DNA of 53,008 nt, counting the filler, from Sphacelaria rigidula (taxonomy: Eukaryota), in the NCBI GenBank assembly GCA_964200075.2. It is 4 parts of 4 records of this genome, joined end to end, with 100 filler letters (N's around TTAATTAATTAA, not from the genome) between each part and the next. Parts side by side here need not be neighbours in the genome. Positions count along the whole stretch, not along the records: positions 1 to 13,178 come from CAXNAA020003088.1; positions 13,279 to 26,455 come from CAXNAA020003089.1; 2 more parts are not named here. The stretch is one strand, 5' to 3'. Position numbers and translations under genes: made by a program. This document shows positions 12,072 to 25,565 of the stretch, in pieces (within the stretch, counting starts at the first letter, position 1; each line of letters begins with the position of its first letter). The notes below the pieces were generated by a model. That model was not told where the DNA came from. It saw only the letters and a list, made by a program, of their open reading frames with translations, and ran no database searches.

Positions 12072-12172
12072 CCCTTTGACCGTGAGGGTAGGTCACCAGC
12101 TGAATCGGCATCAATATTTACTTGAAAAAGTACGGGTGATCCAGACGGACTACCCGCACCGTGGTCTGAGGG
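12072..12172. mobile_element. ~100-bp piggyBac-type MITE, copy B
   Basis: TCAA-CCCTTTGACCG...GGTCTGAGGG-TTAA, with internal inverted repeat GGGTAGGTC/GGACTACCC. Confidence 0.75.
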
Positions 12173-13178
12173 TTAATTTGCACTACAAAATCTCATCGAG
12201 GACGGGTGTATGTTATAATACGCAACTTGGAGCCCTTGGCTTGCACTGCGTTACATCAGCATCTAATTCGCATAACGTGCACTCGACCAATGTGGCTACT
12301 TGCCTGCTATAGAATTGACCATTGGCTCCTAATACAGATTCACATGTGTCCTTCAATCTGCCCCTAGGCGCTGAGGCGTTGCAAGCGCGTCGACACTGTA
12401 CTTCCAACTTCGTATGCACGAAAGCGAAATGGTAACAAGGCAACATCTCCATGTCCCCTCCATTGGGGGTGCTCAACGTCTACCTGGATGGAGTTCATCG
12501 TCCCCAGGTAGGTACTGTAGTACGCGTGCTGCATGCTCTGCGGGTACCGTGTATACTACACTAATAGACGCCAGGGATACACGTTTCAGCTTTAACCTTC
12601 GATCCTTCAATCACAGAGTTTGCGATCTCTATCGTACGAGAAGCCGTTCGGAAATGTCAAAAATAGAAAATCAACTCGTGGACTCAGGTGGCTATTATTT
12701 TGGTGTTGTTCGATAGCTTCCCGTAGTCACGGAACTTGCGGGAGACACGGCGTACTGCATCCGAAAAGTTATCCTCCACTTCGTCCGTCAAATGCAGCGG
12801 TTACCATGCTTCGCTCTTTGGCCGAATGATAGTATATCGTGTATGTGTTCTCCGGATACCCCACAACTTCCTGAATCGCGTACGGTATTGCGTAGTTGAC
12901 GCCACTCACCGTCGAACAAGCCCGCAGGAGCTGCAGCCCCCAGAATCTCGGAACTACAAGCAACAGCCTGGATCCGTTTTTGAGTTTCTACATTTCAATG
13001 AGTTTCAACTCGAAAACAGTGATTTCCCTGACCTAAAGTCATGACCAATGAATTTCATGTGGACGACTTCATGCCCCCGGACCTCCTCAAAACTATTTTG
13101 GGGGGTTGCCCGTCTCCCGTGCCCCCAAAGTGTATGTAACAACGTTTTCGTGAGATTGAGAGTAGATCTTCGATTGAG

Positions 13179-13278
13179 NNNNNNNNNNNNNNNNNNNNNN
13201 NNNNNNNNNNNNNNNNNNNNNNTTAATTAATTAANNNNNNNNNNNNNNNNNNNNNNNNNNNNNNNNNNNNNNNNNNNN
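13179..13278. other. Artificial contig spacer (N44-TTAATTAATTAA-N44)
   Basis: Identical 100-nt spacer occurs three times. The 12-mer gives stops in all six frames. Confidence 0.97.
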
Positions 13279-16023
13279 TTTTTTAAAGTCCTCGGGCTCC
13301 ATCATACCTTCCCCCTCCCCCCCCCGCACCCTTTCCCAATTTAAAATAGCCCCCCCCCCCCCCCCCCCCTAAATGGTAGTGCACAGTTGTAATCCCTGAC
13401 TCCTGTAGAGTCCATCAGCAATTCAACTGTTTTCTCGTTATATCCGAAGACGAAAATAGTAAATTGCCTCTGTCGTCCACCGCTGCATATGCTCTAGCCG
13501 CGGTTACTACTGTAAAGGGCAATGTACCGAGTACGAATCTATGCACCGTTACTTATTTTTACATCTGTCGGGCATGCCGACGAGATGTCGGGCGCCCCGG
13601 ATTTGGGGAATGTCCCAACTATGTATCCCTTGAAGGGGAATGGAACCCCCCCCCCCCTCCCCAGGGTGCACTCGATGGGCTTATATTGCGGTTTGTAGCA
13701 TGTATTTTTTTCGGTGCACCCAGGTCATTTTTTATGCACACCTAGGTAGGCGCATTCTTCGAGTAGAATGCAGTGACACAGCAGCAAGTACCACACCTTA
13801 CAAAGGTCCGCTCGCGGTAATTCCGTAAAAGTCATCCATCGATTGTTCGTTTTTCGAGTTTAAAACTGTTGCGTTGTCCCGACACCCGTGCGCACACACA
13901 CAGTTGATTTTGAATTTTGTTTTTTGCAGTCTGCAACCGTGATCCTGAAGCCGTCCTCGCCCTTGCGTGATCCTCTTTCACCTCGACATTCAAGGCACCC
14001 AAAACGGACGTGTTTTTACTGTAACCGCCCGGGAACCAGAATGACCGCGAGATCATGGAGTATACCCGCATGGTTTGACTGGCAGTTAGTTCACAACAGA
14101 CTGACTGCTTACGACAAAATGCTGCTATCCTGAGAGTACACCGTACACCGTACCTGGGGGCATGGAGAATGCGGAGGGTGGTGCTCACGAGTTGGGTACG
14201 CATAAGCAGACGGAGCAATTGGATATGTTCATATGTTCATAGTCGCATGAGTAGTTTCGTCTGCTGTTCCTTCAGAAGTCAAGTCGCGTGCTGTTAAAAA
14301 TGGCTGTGTGGTTGTCACCACTACTTTTATATATGTAGGGACAGACAGCACGCTAGGGCGTTATTGGCGAAGTGGATCAATCTGCGAGTTAATAATGGCA
14401 GTTGCTTCACAAGCAGAAAACGCGCGTGCCTTGCTTATCGTAGACGTGGTGGTTGTGTACGATGATACGTCATTTCCGTTGCTGGTGCTCTTGAGGGCAC
14501 CTCGCTGCACAGAGTCTCAGTGGGTCGATTTGTTCGTGTTTCACCCTGTTGGTAGTACGACTTTTTATTTCAAGATCATTTCGCGCGCGCGTGTGCATGT
14601 TTCCCGATGTTGGTCACTTGAGCATTTTTCATTTTTGAATTTTGTTTTCACTGTTGTAGTAATGTACTTGTACAGACAACACTGCCAGTAGAGTCGATAA
14701 TAGTTCTGTGCAGTACAGTAGATATGAGCACATTTATTTGCTCTCTTCGTATTGGTGGAACGGTGCAGGGAACGCGTCCGTGGTTCTTCAATCCTCATTC
14801 GCTGTTGTTCGGGCTTGTAATAATTCTGAATCCTGTTGTGTGATCTTGTGACCGTTGCGATGCGCATGGCTGGCTACACACAAGTGAAAATGGGCGAATG
14901 GTCTTGTGTATAGATGGATATGTATAGTCGCTTGTCACAGAGGGTGTTGTGACGGGCGGGTCCCTTACATCTCCGGGTGCCTTCATGCGTTGTTTTCTCT
15001 GAATAAGCCGGGGAGATCCGACACGTTCGAGGGGTCGGAATACCGGAGAAGAGACTGGCAAAATACAACTGACAAACGAAGAGGCAGGACTGGGAGGACG
15101 GGTGTGCGTGATTGGCATACGCGTATTGGAAAAAAAAGTTTGTCCACGATGGTGCACTACTGACCGGGTTCATCCGGTGATGGGGATGGATGCGCGCAAG
15201 CAGCGCCCATGATGCCAGCCGGCCGAGCTTGAAGCGTGTGCCCTCGCTGTAATGAATGGCGAGGATTAATTCTGCGTGGGGTCATGGCACACATAAGTTC
15301 ATTAGTTTTTGACCAAACAGACAGGATGTATATATCGTGCGCACATGTAGTGACGACATGTATCTCGATGGCGCTACTCTTGCTGTGTACAACAGCATCA
15401 TAGCATAGTAATGACTTGCACATCGTTTTCACTCCGTGTTCTGTTTTGGGACGAATAGTTCGTGTTCAGCAGTAGCAGCGACAACGACAACAGTGGCATA
15501 ATTGTGCTGCTTGCTGCTTCACTATGCTGGTCAACGGAAGAAAAGTTTGTCAAAGAATTGTCCCACCAATCTTATTTCTTGTGGTGAAAGTTGATTTTGA
15601 GTCAAATTTAAATTTTATGTGGAATAATAATTACGTCGATGCCAAAATATCAAATTATACTCGTACAAAAAAATCATGATATGGGTGGTGATGGAGAAAC
15701 ACATTTGCTTTGCTGTGTCGCCGTAGAAGAGAACATGTGTAGCGAGTGCAACTTATGCACCGGCCGGTGAGCAACATGAATGAAACACTTTGAATCCCGA
15801 CCAGGCGTGCCCATGCATGTGTTGCTTTTCCGTTGAAGTAGCATCGCATGGTCGTATGATGTCGACGCATTCCTTGATACACGTGACCCCTGTCCCCGAA
15901 ATCAACGTCTAGAAGTTACTGCCGCCGACTGATCTGTGTGTACCTCCTTGCGTTTGATTTCCTTGATCTGTGATCATTCTCGAATCCCGAACGAAACATT
16001 TATGAATTACCCCGGACAGTTAA

Positions 16024-16123
16024 CCCTTTGACCGCGACGGTAGGTCACCTGCTGAATCGGCATCAATTTCACTCCAAAAAAGTATTGTGATCCAGATGGA
16101 CTACCCGCATCGCAGTCCAAGGT
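16024..16123. mobile_element. ~100-bp piggyBac-type MITE, copy C
   Basis: TTAA-CCCTTTGACCGCG...GCAGTCCAAGGT-CTAA. Homologous to copies A and B. Confidence 0.7.
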
Positions 16124-16552
16124 CTAAGCGATATACCTCACAAGACCATATAAACTTTCTTGCGATGAACATTACGTACACGCTTCATTTTTTTTTCATT
16201 TTTTAGATACAAGTGAACCTGGTATCATGCCCCAAAGATTCTGATTTCGTTTTGATTGTCATATCCCATTATGGTGGATTTTTCACCTGGTCTTGGTATA
16301 GTATTTGCTGCCCGAGTGTAATTAGTTTGTATGCACCGTTCTATATTTTGGAGTATCTTCTGAAATTTTCCACCAAGGCGTTGGTTGGTTTCAATCCCTT
16401 CAAGAAGGATTTGTTCATAAAGTTGTATCAACGGTTTTTTTGCACTCGGATACTCGATCTTCCGACCGCAGGTGAGTGCGAAAATGAGAGCTAATGTGGC
16501 CACACGTTTTCCATTTGCCTTCACACACGACGGTTGTGTGTACTGGACGAGT

Positions 16553-19500
16553 ATGGTCGGCACCAAGCGTGCATTCGTGTTCCTTGGGGCTCCAGGCGTG
16601 GGGAAAGGTTCCTTCGCGTCCATTATTGGGCCCCAGCTGGTGAGATTCTACTTTGCATATACTTTCAACCAAATCAATCCCGTCTGTGGCGTGTGCCGTC
16701 TGTTCACTGTGTACCTGTCATCGATGGTACCGCACGGACAGCATGCATGCTGATTTCACGCCGATGCCGCATGGTGCAGTGTCTTGGGAAAGTGATTTTA
16801 TGTGCATTGCTGATATATTTTATGTTGTACTCTATTTCCTCAGGGGTTAGTCAGTGTCGGAGCAGGAGATTTAGTGAGGGACGAGGTGAAGCGGCGAACC
16901 AAAGTGGGCCTCCATCTCAAGGTTTGAATTTTTCAAACCTCTGTCGTGACCGTGAGCGACGGCCTCGGTTCTCCGGCGAATTCAATGATCGGTGCCTGTC
17001 TGTATAGACAGTTCATCAAAAGTGTAATACAGCCTGTGCAATTCGGTGGAGCTACTAGACCAGTGACTTAGCAACAGTAGCAGTTAAGGCACTGCTTTGA
17101 CAGGTATTGAGTCGAAGCTTCGTATTTCTAGCAGTCACCATGTACGATACCTGTTTTTGTTGGGGTCAGCTACAGTACGACACACTGTTGTATTCATTTG
17201 GTACCGTAGCCGCCTTTTCGGAACAGTATCGCCTTTTGACTTCACCGCCGGAAATCCCAACGACAGGCATAAGCAGCTCCGCTCTGCCTGCGTGCATTAT
17301 TCCCACTTATCATGTCCCTTGTCATTTGTGGTCTCCAAGCCTTTGTTCATTTCATGAAACGGTTCAGCATAAGGGTTCATATTTCACATATTCTCAGTGT
17401 AGACATGTGTCTTATCTCGACCTCAAGTGCGGGTAAACATGAGAAGTGGACGGAGGCTATGTGTACATGCATTCATGTTGCTCCTATACCCACCTCGATC
17501 GGTCATTCTCAATTTTGCTGGTGTCTTGATTGGCGCAAGGTTGGGGCAATCCTATTGTCCTATTTTTCATATCTTCTTGTCGAACAGCGATGACAGGGCA
17601 GGCACTGTAGCCGGGTTGCCGTTGAGGCGTGCGTGCGTGGTCATGAAGCGAACGCCCACCGAGTCGCGGTCGATCTTGGTGGTGGGGTCTTGCATAGCAT
17701 AGCTGATGCTACCCATGGCCATGGCTTCAAGCTGCTTGGCGTGTGTGCGCGCTTCTGCATATGAAGGATATGTAACGTTCTTGGTCTTGTCCTTCTGCAT
17801 ACTCGTAACAAGTACACAGAGGCTACTGTCAGAGTTCGAGCCAGCATTTAGCTGTTTCTTATCTTGAAATGGATTTCGAGCGTTCGTTCCTTGAGGAGAA
17901 AAAAAACGCTTCGAACCACCATGAAAAGAGTCAAAGGCCTATCTATCGAAGGCTCGACAGCTATCTCGAAATGAGCTACAGTAGCTGAGAATTGCCAACA
18001 TGCGTCCTCTGACAGAGTGAGCAGCGTTGTGAATGTATATACTTGCATGACGGTGCATCAGTTCCGTGCATAAAGTGTAGCAACTACGTAGCTGCAACAC
18101 GCAACAGCGACGCATGTATGTGTGGACCTCAGCTGTCTAGAACGCGGTACTTCGATTCCCCAACGGAAAGCCGGCGACCCGCTATCTGATGCTGCAAATG
18201 ATCGCACCTAGCTGTAGGTCGAGGCAGTCGCGTATCCTGTTTACATATTATGTAGGAAGGAATATATACCACTGCACTTGATACCGCGGAGAAGCTCTGT
18301 ATTGCTGCGAGACGAACAAGCGAGCCTTGCAACAAGGGAATACAAAAAGGGCGGCCACCTGCGTGCTGGGGTACCCCCATTATTCACAGCTACAGCAAGC
18401 GATACAGACCGGTACCTCATGATCTTGAATCACGCGATATATGAGCCAAGCAAAACCGCGATCAAAATTTGAAGTCCAAGTTCCACCTCATTTCCACGCG
18501 TGTATGTATTAATGTATATAGTCAGTAACACGTGCTGATTCACGCTCATCACCCAAACTCCACTCATCCGTAAATGTTCGCGCCGATTGTGGGAGTTGGA
18601 ATCTGCAAATGAAAAACTGTACACATACACGACGGAATAGTGCAAAACTTTGTGTGGATGGGATCTTCCGACTTTTGTTTGCCAATCATAGAGGGTCTCA
18701 GAGTCCTGAGGAGTCACATGTCCTTCTGGGACCCCGACATTTGGCGGACGAAAGCAAAATCAGACGACCCCATCGATCAAAGGTTTTGTAGTGTTCCATA
18801 ATAGTATGTGTGCACATGAATTTTCATTCTAAAACTCCAACGATCGGCGTGAACATCTGCGCCCTTGTAGGATGAGTGTGCTTTTTTAATTAGTTTATAA
18901 CGTTAAAACGAAACAATTTGTATCAGATTTTCGAGTCATTACGCAACGAAATTTTTGTACAAATCTTCTTTGGACTACCCCGTGATGAGCGGATGAATTT
19001 CAAAACAATTTTCAACGATGTATGTTACAAATTGAAGCATCAATCCCTACCTACCGCCACATACCGAACTTCCAAGTTTGAGGGCGGTCGGAGCTTTTCG
19101 ACGATAGATTTAAGGAAAACCGTGAGGAGGCTTTTTATGTCAATCATCAGCCGAAATACGACAACGCCAAAACCCCACAACACCGAAATATCACGGTTTG
19201 TGATTTAATTCGATCCCATGGTAATCGTTTTGAGTACGTTTTTCCCGGTGGATTCCCGAGCTTAGCCCGCTTGTTACGATTGGTATTTGGCGGCGGGGGA
19301 GGGGGGGGGAGGGGTGACGTACTCATTTGTTGCTTGTCTTAGTTGTTTGACCATAGTAGCCACGTATCTGTTGCGAGACGGAGCACCGTTCCCACACCTA
19401 GTAGAGACGCCTCTAACATTTCGTTGCCCATACGTTTTTTTCATCCAGCACACAAAAAACGTTTACATATCTTATCCCCGTCCTGTTTCGCCGTCTGTGA

Positions 19501-22500
19501 TCACCATATATCCCCTGGTGCAGCCATCGTTTCTTCCGTACTGCCTAATGCATCAAACGATTGCATGCCGCCTTCTAGCACGTCCTGTTCCTCCTTGTGT
19601 GGTTCACATTCTGCCACAATATAAGGTCTGCTCTTTATTGCTTCGCCATAGGGTTAATTTTCTCTATGCTTTTTTTGCCATCTCAATTTCCTCGTGTATC
19701 TGTTTTAAGTGGGTACATTCCCAATTCCGCTCTCAAAGCTGTATTTCTCGTCGCTTCTAAGCATCCCAATTTTTTCTTAGCTGTTGCCTTCTGTACTGTT
19801 TTCTATCTTCTTCACCAACTTCGCGTACCCCTTCCATACTTTTGCATGTTCCAGCTTTGGTACCATCACTTTTATCAGGATACATCTCTCAATCCTTTGG
19901 GGCGGGGGGGAAGAGTGAGGACGGGTGTGGTCCACTCTTGGGGCTGTTGACACGGTTTTTGCCCGCCAAACAGGGAATATCGCTATCACATGTCTTGGAG
20001 ATCTGGTATCACCCTACTCAGTAGAGTCCAGCCCACTTTTCCGATTTGCTTGGCTCCGAGGTTTTGAGAGTGGTCTTTGGAGGGACAAAACACAACGACA
20101 ACATCGCAGCTCATGCAATCTTAACCTTCTTCGCAATGCGTAAACACACCACAGTACAGAAAATGACAGCTTCAGTACTAAGAGAAGGGAGGAGGCAAGG
20201 GGTGGCATTTCTCTTAGTCCAGAATCACATTAACCCCCCTCGCGGCGCGCACCTCTTTTTTGCCTCACAGGATATTTCCTTCTCACCGAAAACTGCGATG
20301 AAAGTAGTGTATAAAACTTTGCAAGCCGTTGTACATGTACATCGACAACTGGTTGGGTTAGCTGATCTTCTCCTACTTGTACAGGGGCGTCTCCAGGAAA
20401 ACCAAAACTCAGACGCCTCACTGATATTTGTTTCCAATTCTATATCTATTTGGTCTATCTGACTTGCGATAAAATCGTACAAGTATCTCGAACATAGCGT
20501 ACACCCTTACTCCGAGTCAAGGAACCTATTCTGATACGTGAACCAAAATCATACTTCGTAGCCTGACTGCGGTACGTCGGATAGCGTTTATGGATTTGGA
20601 GGACCCGATCCCCCCCGGCCCACGCGTTCGCGCGCCAAAGTTGAGCTCATGAGATAAAAATGTCTGCGGTATCTGAAGTGAGAGATATTTCGTCCCTCGG
20701 AGGAGGGAGAAGAAAAACATTTTTTTGTTGGTTTGTTTTCGTTTGCTCCCAGCTTTCGCAAACCTGCCGCACCTCATCATGTCAAATGTTCGTTCGTGTT
20801 TCAGCGTTGCCCAAGGCCTCTCCCCTGTACCGTAGATCTCAATTTCATGTCGCTTAAAAATGCGGCAAAGGGCGGAGGGCATACGGTGAAGGTCTCCGGC
20901 ACAAGTTGAACGTATCACGGCCCTCGTGAGCAACCCCCGTCAGCTTTGACCTTGCCGACTGAAAATTGTGTAGAAAAGGTCCACGCAACGCTTCAAGGAT
21001 TCCTTCCCTATCTTTGAACCCCGTACTAGCCGTCCATTTTGGTGCCAGCCGAAAAAACTGGAGATATTGGAGGCAGTGATGATTATTGTGGCGTCATCAA
21101 TCCTTTTCCCGATGAGGAGAGGTCAGTTGGATATCGGCTATTTTTCACGACATTACAGTCGTGTTTCGCCCCTCTTTCCCTGCAACGGAGGCCGAGGAAA
21201 GCGGAAGCGGAAAGGGTAGTTGGTTGTTCTCCCTCAGGCCTCCAGACTGGAATTGACACAAGCGAAGAAAGGTCTGTTACGCGACCATTATTTTCAAGGA
21301 TGTACATCGCACTGTCCCGTTTTGGAAGGTAGCCTTGGCGAAATATTTTATACTTGTATGCTACGTAGAGGGTAGCACTTGAACTGCAAGATGAACAACA
21401 GGGGGGAAACTCTGAGGATGGCCACTATTATAGTTTAATTATAGTTTCTGCATAATTGCCCTCGTTTCAGTGGTCAATGTATCGGTGTAGATCATTATAT
21501 TCAGGTGTAGGTTGCGGTAGTTCAGGCTGTTGGGTGTTGTCGACGCGTGTTCTCTCATACTGCCCCCGTTTCAATGGTCACTTTATCGAGGTTTATTGTA
21601 GGTCAATGTATCGAGGTGGAGGCCAATAAGTCGAGGTGGAGGTCAATAAGTCGAGGTGGAGGTAGAGATTATCTAGGCTGTTGGGCATGATCGATGCGTC
21701 GAGGTGGAGGTCAAAATATCGAGGTGTAAGTGGCGGTAGTCCAGGCTGTTGGGTGTGATCCATGCGTGTTCTCCCATACTGCGCACCGAGCATTTCGATC
21801 GCTAACGTGGAGCGCTGCTGCTGCTACCAAAAACTACGTAACACAATCGCCCGTTTACGTACTTCGTACAAACATCAGCCAAGCGTGGGCAGATTTCGGG
21901 GAACTTGTCCCATGCCCCAGCTTCCCAAATCAATACCTCGAGGGTGTACTGTAGGTTATCGACCCTCGATGCTGTCGGGAGATCGATGAGATCGAGGTGC
22001 GTTCTCCCGGACCGCACAAGCACCGATTCGATCGCTCTAGTGAGTGCGCTATTAGCAAAAGCCAACAAATAAGGAGACGATCGTATGTCTGCGTTCTTGT
22101 GGTCAGAATCATCTGGCTTGGGGTGTGTTCCATGGTCCCACTGGCGAGGAAGCAACGCCGGGTCAAACTACTGTATGGCGAGCTCAGCCCAAGATACTGG
22201 CTTTTGGTTGGTTGGTCGGTCGATTGATTGATTGATTGTCTAACTTTAACTGATCCCGTGGTCACATGATACTGCGACACTCGCTCAAGAAAAGTGAGGA
22301 GAAAAAGAGAGGCTTGAACAGATACACGGAGTGGACTAAGAAAACAAAAGCAAAAAAAAAAGGAAATGGTCGGCTTCTGCAACATGGCTTCGGTGGAAAC
22401 GGTCTTGCGCAGAAACCACAGTCATACCCAATGGTAGAAAACAAAAGACCACAGGAACAGATTGCGGCTCATCTACTACTCGTGCAACCTCAGTATTTTG

Positions 22501-25155
22501 GGTATGAAACCTTTCATCCACGAACCCTACGGAAGCGAGGCACCAAACTGCTCTGGCCTACCTGTACACCGGTCGGGAAAAACATGTACATCGAGAGAGG
22601 GACGTGGAAAGAAAGGGGGAGAGAAGGAAAACTACAGAAGTGGTGACATCCAAAGGATACAGAATAGCAGAGCAGGTACGAACACACACCAGGGGGGCAC
22701 CGCAGAACCAGCGACCAAGTATTGCACAGCCCGATCGCCGTAAGTTGTTGTTTCTCTCTCGAAGATTGTTTTCAGTTCATGTGATGGTATCGGCAAGTGG
22801 TTCATGGTGACAATTGTTTCGGGTGGGTGCCGGATGGGTGATCGGGGTAGGCTTCTCCAATACAAAGCGCTCCAAGCGAGCATTCGAAACGTTTTCGCCT
22901 TCTGGAGACAAAAAGGCGGGGACGGCTTCGCGAGCAAGTGCGTTCGTTCCGAGCTAAAGATCCGTGGGCAAGATTCGCACGTGATTCTGAGCGCTCGCTA
23001 CCTGAGAGCATGTGTGAGAGCAGAGCAAGAACGGACGCTGTAGTAGCTACAGCGATCGAAGGTTTTTGTGGTGGAGTCGGCGTGATCATGCGCGGTTGGT
23101 GGTGGCCGTAGAGTGGCCGATCGGGGTTGGCGTGCTGCGACACCGATCGCTGGCAGTCGTCTCTGTGCCGTTAGTCATGATTGTTGATTGATTATTTGTT
23201 GAAAATTCATGACTGATTTGCTAGGAATCCAGTCGTGATCACTATATGCAAGGCAAGCGTGCCCAAGGTGAAGAAAAAATCGGAATCACTCGCCGAAGAG
23301 GGGAGGAGAAAATACGAGAAATAATAATGATGGAAAGAAAAGGAAGATGAGAGTAGATTACAAACGGGGAGAACAGGAAATGAGCTGTCTCTCTTGTGTC
23401 TAGCATTTTACAGAGTTGAGAATTTTGACATTGTTACACACGATCAGAGTTGCATATCGGACCGAGAAAAAAGTTCGATATATATCCTTAGAGTATCGAA
23501 CCACAACCGCCGATACAGATATGTTTGTCGATATTCCGAAAATGACACGATACGTATCGAGTATCGATATTCGATACGATGCGGCTGTTTTGGTATGGCC
23601 GCAGTGTACAAGGCTGAGCAGTACACTGGCACACTGACACCCTCACTCACTATTGTAGGTCGCTTAAGATACCACATCCCTTAGACAGAGTTTAAAGCTC
23701 ACTTACTCCTCACCAGAAACGATGCCAGGGCCGAACTGGGCGGCGTTGCAACCATCTCGTCGAGAGAAAGTAATCGAGCTTTGAAAATCGCTCCTCAGGG
23801 TGCGTTATCTCAAGCAACCTACGGTAGTTGAACTCAAACGCAAGCTCTTTTTTTCAACGTTCTTCATTACCAATAACAGGAATCGTCGGCAGCATGCGAC
23901 AAGTTTTAATTTTTGGATGCCAAAAAATATATAGTTGTATGTCACCAAGCAAGAAGATAAAACCACTAAGCTTGCAACAATTAGAATGTCCAGACTGATG
24001 GATGATGCGTAAAATAAATGCAACACTCGTCAAACACGAAGGAAAGGCAAAGCGACAGTACCATTTCCTCATTCTCCGAAGGGCAGCTGTTGAAATGTTT
24101 TCTACCGTTATATGCATGCAGCTTTGCAGTGATAGTGATCTCATATCTACTCCGCCACGCCACCCGTATGTTGCCGTTGGTGAACACCCCCGCTGAATCA
24201 TATCACTAAAACCCTAAACCCACGAGGCACCAGCGGTGTGTGGTGTGGGGAGGGGACCTCGTGGAGTGAGGGATGGGGGGGGCCGGGTTGCACATCAACC
24301 GGTGTCTGCCGTTCGGGAAATTCCACCCCCGCTGCGTTTCCTCTGACGACGGTTTCGAGAAATTGAGCTAATGTGACGAAAAACAAACAAAAATATGGAG
24401 CGTATCGATGTTCGATATCGATATTCGATATTGATATATATCACATATATCCATTTTCTACGCTCTGATATCGATGTGGCACATCGCCTATATTTATCGA
24501 AATCGTATCGATTATCGATAGCCAATGTGCAACCCTGCACGCGATATACTGTTATACTGCCTAACGTGTGGTGTATCATTGCCCGCCGGAGTTACACCAG
24601 CTCTATCCTTTCCCCACCCATATCTACATATGCCTGGGGGGTCTCAAAAACCGAAGGTATCAAAGTCTGAAAATGGTGTGTACCTGAGCACACACCGCAA
24701 TCAATGATACTCGTGAATTCATGTGCTTCACCTACTATGATGAGCAAATGTCACGGGTATACGGTACTCATTGTGTTGAAGTGTTAATCGCCCTTACTCC
24801 GCAGGGTACGCTATGTCTGTGGCTGAAAATCGGGGCGAGGACGAGGTCTTCCTTGGTGTTGGTTGATATCTTGAGCCGGATTACTTCTGCTGGTCACGGT
24901 TAATTAGTGCCCCGATTGATAATCTCGAGTGTCGACTGCTGGTGAGCACGTGAACGATCCACACGCATACACGTATATTCACCTGAGGTTATTGCAAAAT
25001 AGAATTGATTGAATGTGATGACCCCTTCCCCCCCCCCCCCCGCTCCTTGCTCCCCGCCCCCTCCTCCCTATGTTGCTTTTTAAATCGACACTGTGAATTT
25101 GCAGGCTTTTTCCGATAGTGGACAACTGGCTCCCGATGCTGACGTCAGTCGCCTT
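16553..25155 (+). CDS. ADK: Adenylate kinase, 5' part; exons 16553-16639, 16844-16921, 25105-25155 (remaining exons not found in the contig)
   Basis: Spliced product MVGTKRAFVFLGAPGVGKGSFASIIGPQL/GLVSVGAGDLVRDEVKRRTKVGLHLK/AFSDSGQLAPDADVSRL. P-loop GAPGVGKGS, GDLVR motif and G.L.PD NMP-binding motif. All junctions are GT-AG, phase 0. Confidence 0.88.
19312..19900 (-). mobile_element. Degenerate LINE 3' portion (RT C-terminal region and 3' end)
   Basis: Fragments RCILIKVMVPKLE..VW.G.AKLVK and NTALRAELGMYPLKT. The 3' end CAAGCAACAAATGAGTACG recurs at 39833. Possible further RT debris at 20230-20480. Confidence 0.65.
21460..21785. repeat. Degenerate minisatellite (~20-bp GTCGAGGTGGAGGTCAATAA units mixed with GCGGTAGTYCAGGCTGTTGGGTGT blocks)
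   Basis: Repeated units read directly. Confidence 0.75.
22221..22490 (-). mobile_element. LINE 3' end with (AATC)n tail
   Basis: GATTGATTGATTGATTG tail next to CCCGTGGTCAC, followed by a pyrimidine-rich 3' UTR on the minus strand. Confidence 0.5.
23445..24537. mobile_element. Non-autonomous hAT-type DNA transposon
   Basis: TIRs CAGAGTTGCA / TGCAACCCTG. 8-bp TSD CACACGAT / CACGCGAT (1 mismatch). TATCGA-rich subterminal repeats at both ends. Confidence 0.8.
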
Positions 25156-25526
25156 GTGAGTTGCCCCTCGTCCGAGACGTGCGCATGGTTAGTTGGATAG
25201 CTGCACTCCACCCCACACGAAACGGCACACGTTTTTGTGGCAAGAGAACATCAGTGCCCCCCGATTAATTTGATGGAAAAGCAGGCGCAGGCGTGAAGCA
25301 GGCTGGCGCCTTCCCTGGCGAATCGAGGTCGTGTTGTCAAGAATGCTCCCTGCGCGTTGTAGCACCAATTTTAAGAGTGAGCACTTGGTTTGAGTCTCGT
25401 GCGGTGGTTCATTCAAACGTCTTCATCGCTTGCAGCTGTAGAGTCGTGCCTACAATACTCGTAGCAGCGATGGAAGAAAAAGTAGCATAAGTTTTCGAAC
25501 AACTCTGCGTTGTACCGCAATAGCAC

Positions 25527-25528
<2 letters not shown>

Positions 25529-25564
<36 letters not shown>
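25529..25564. repeat. (CA)n microsatellite
   Basis: Read directly. Confidence 0.95.

Positions 25565-25565
<1 letters not shown>

Noticed and set aside
13223..13234. TTAATTAATTAA as a piggyBac footprint or biological motif
   Set aside because: Identical in all three gaps and flanked by exactly 44 N on each side, so it is a synthetic linker.
16225..16470. Minus-strand ORF upstream of ADK as a gene or Copia fragment
   Set aside because: Only vague resemblance and no diagnostic motif.
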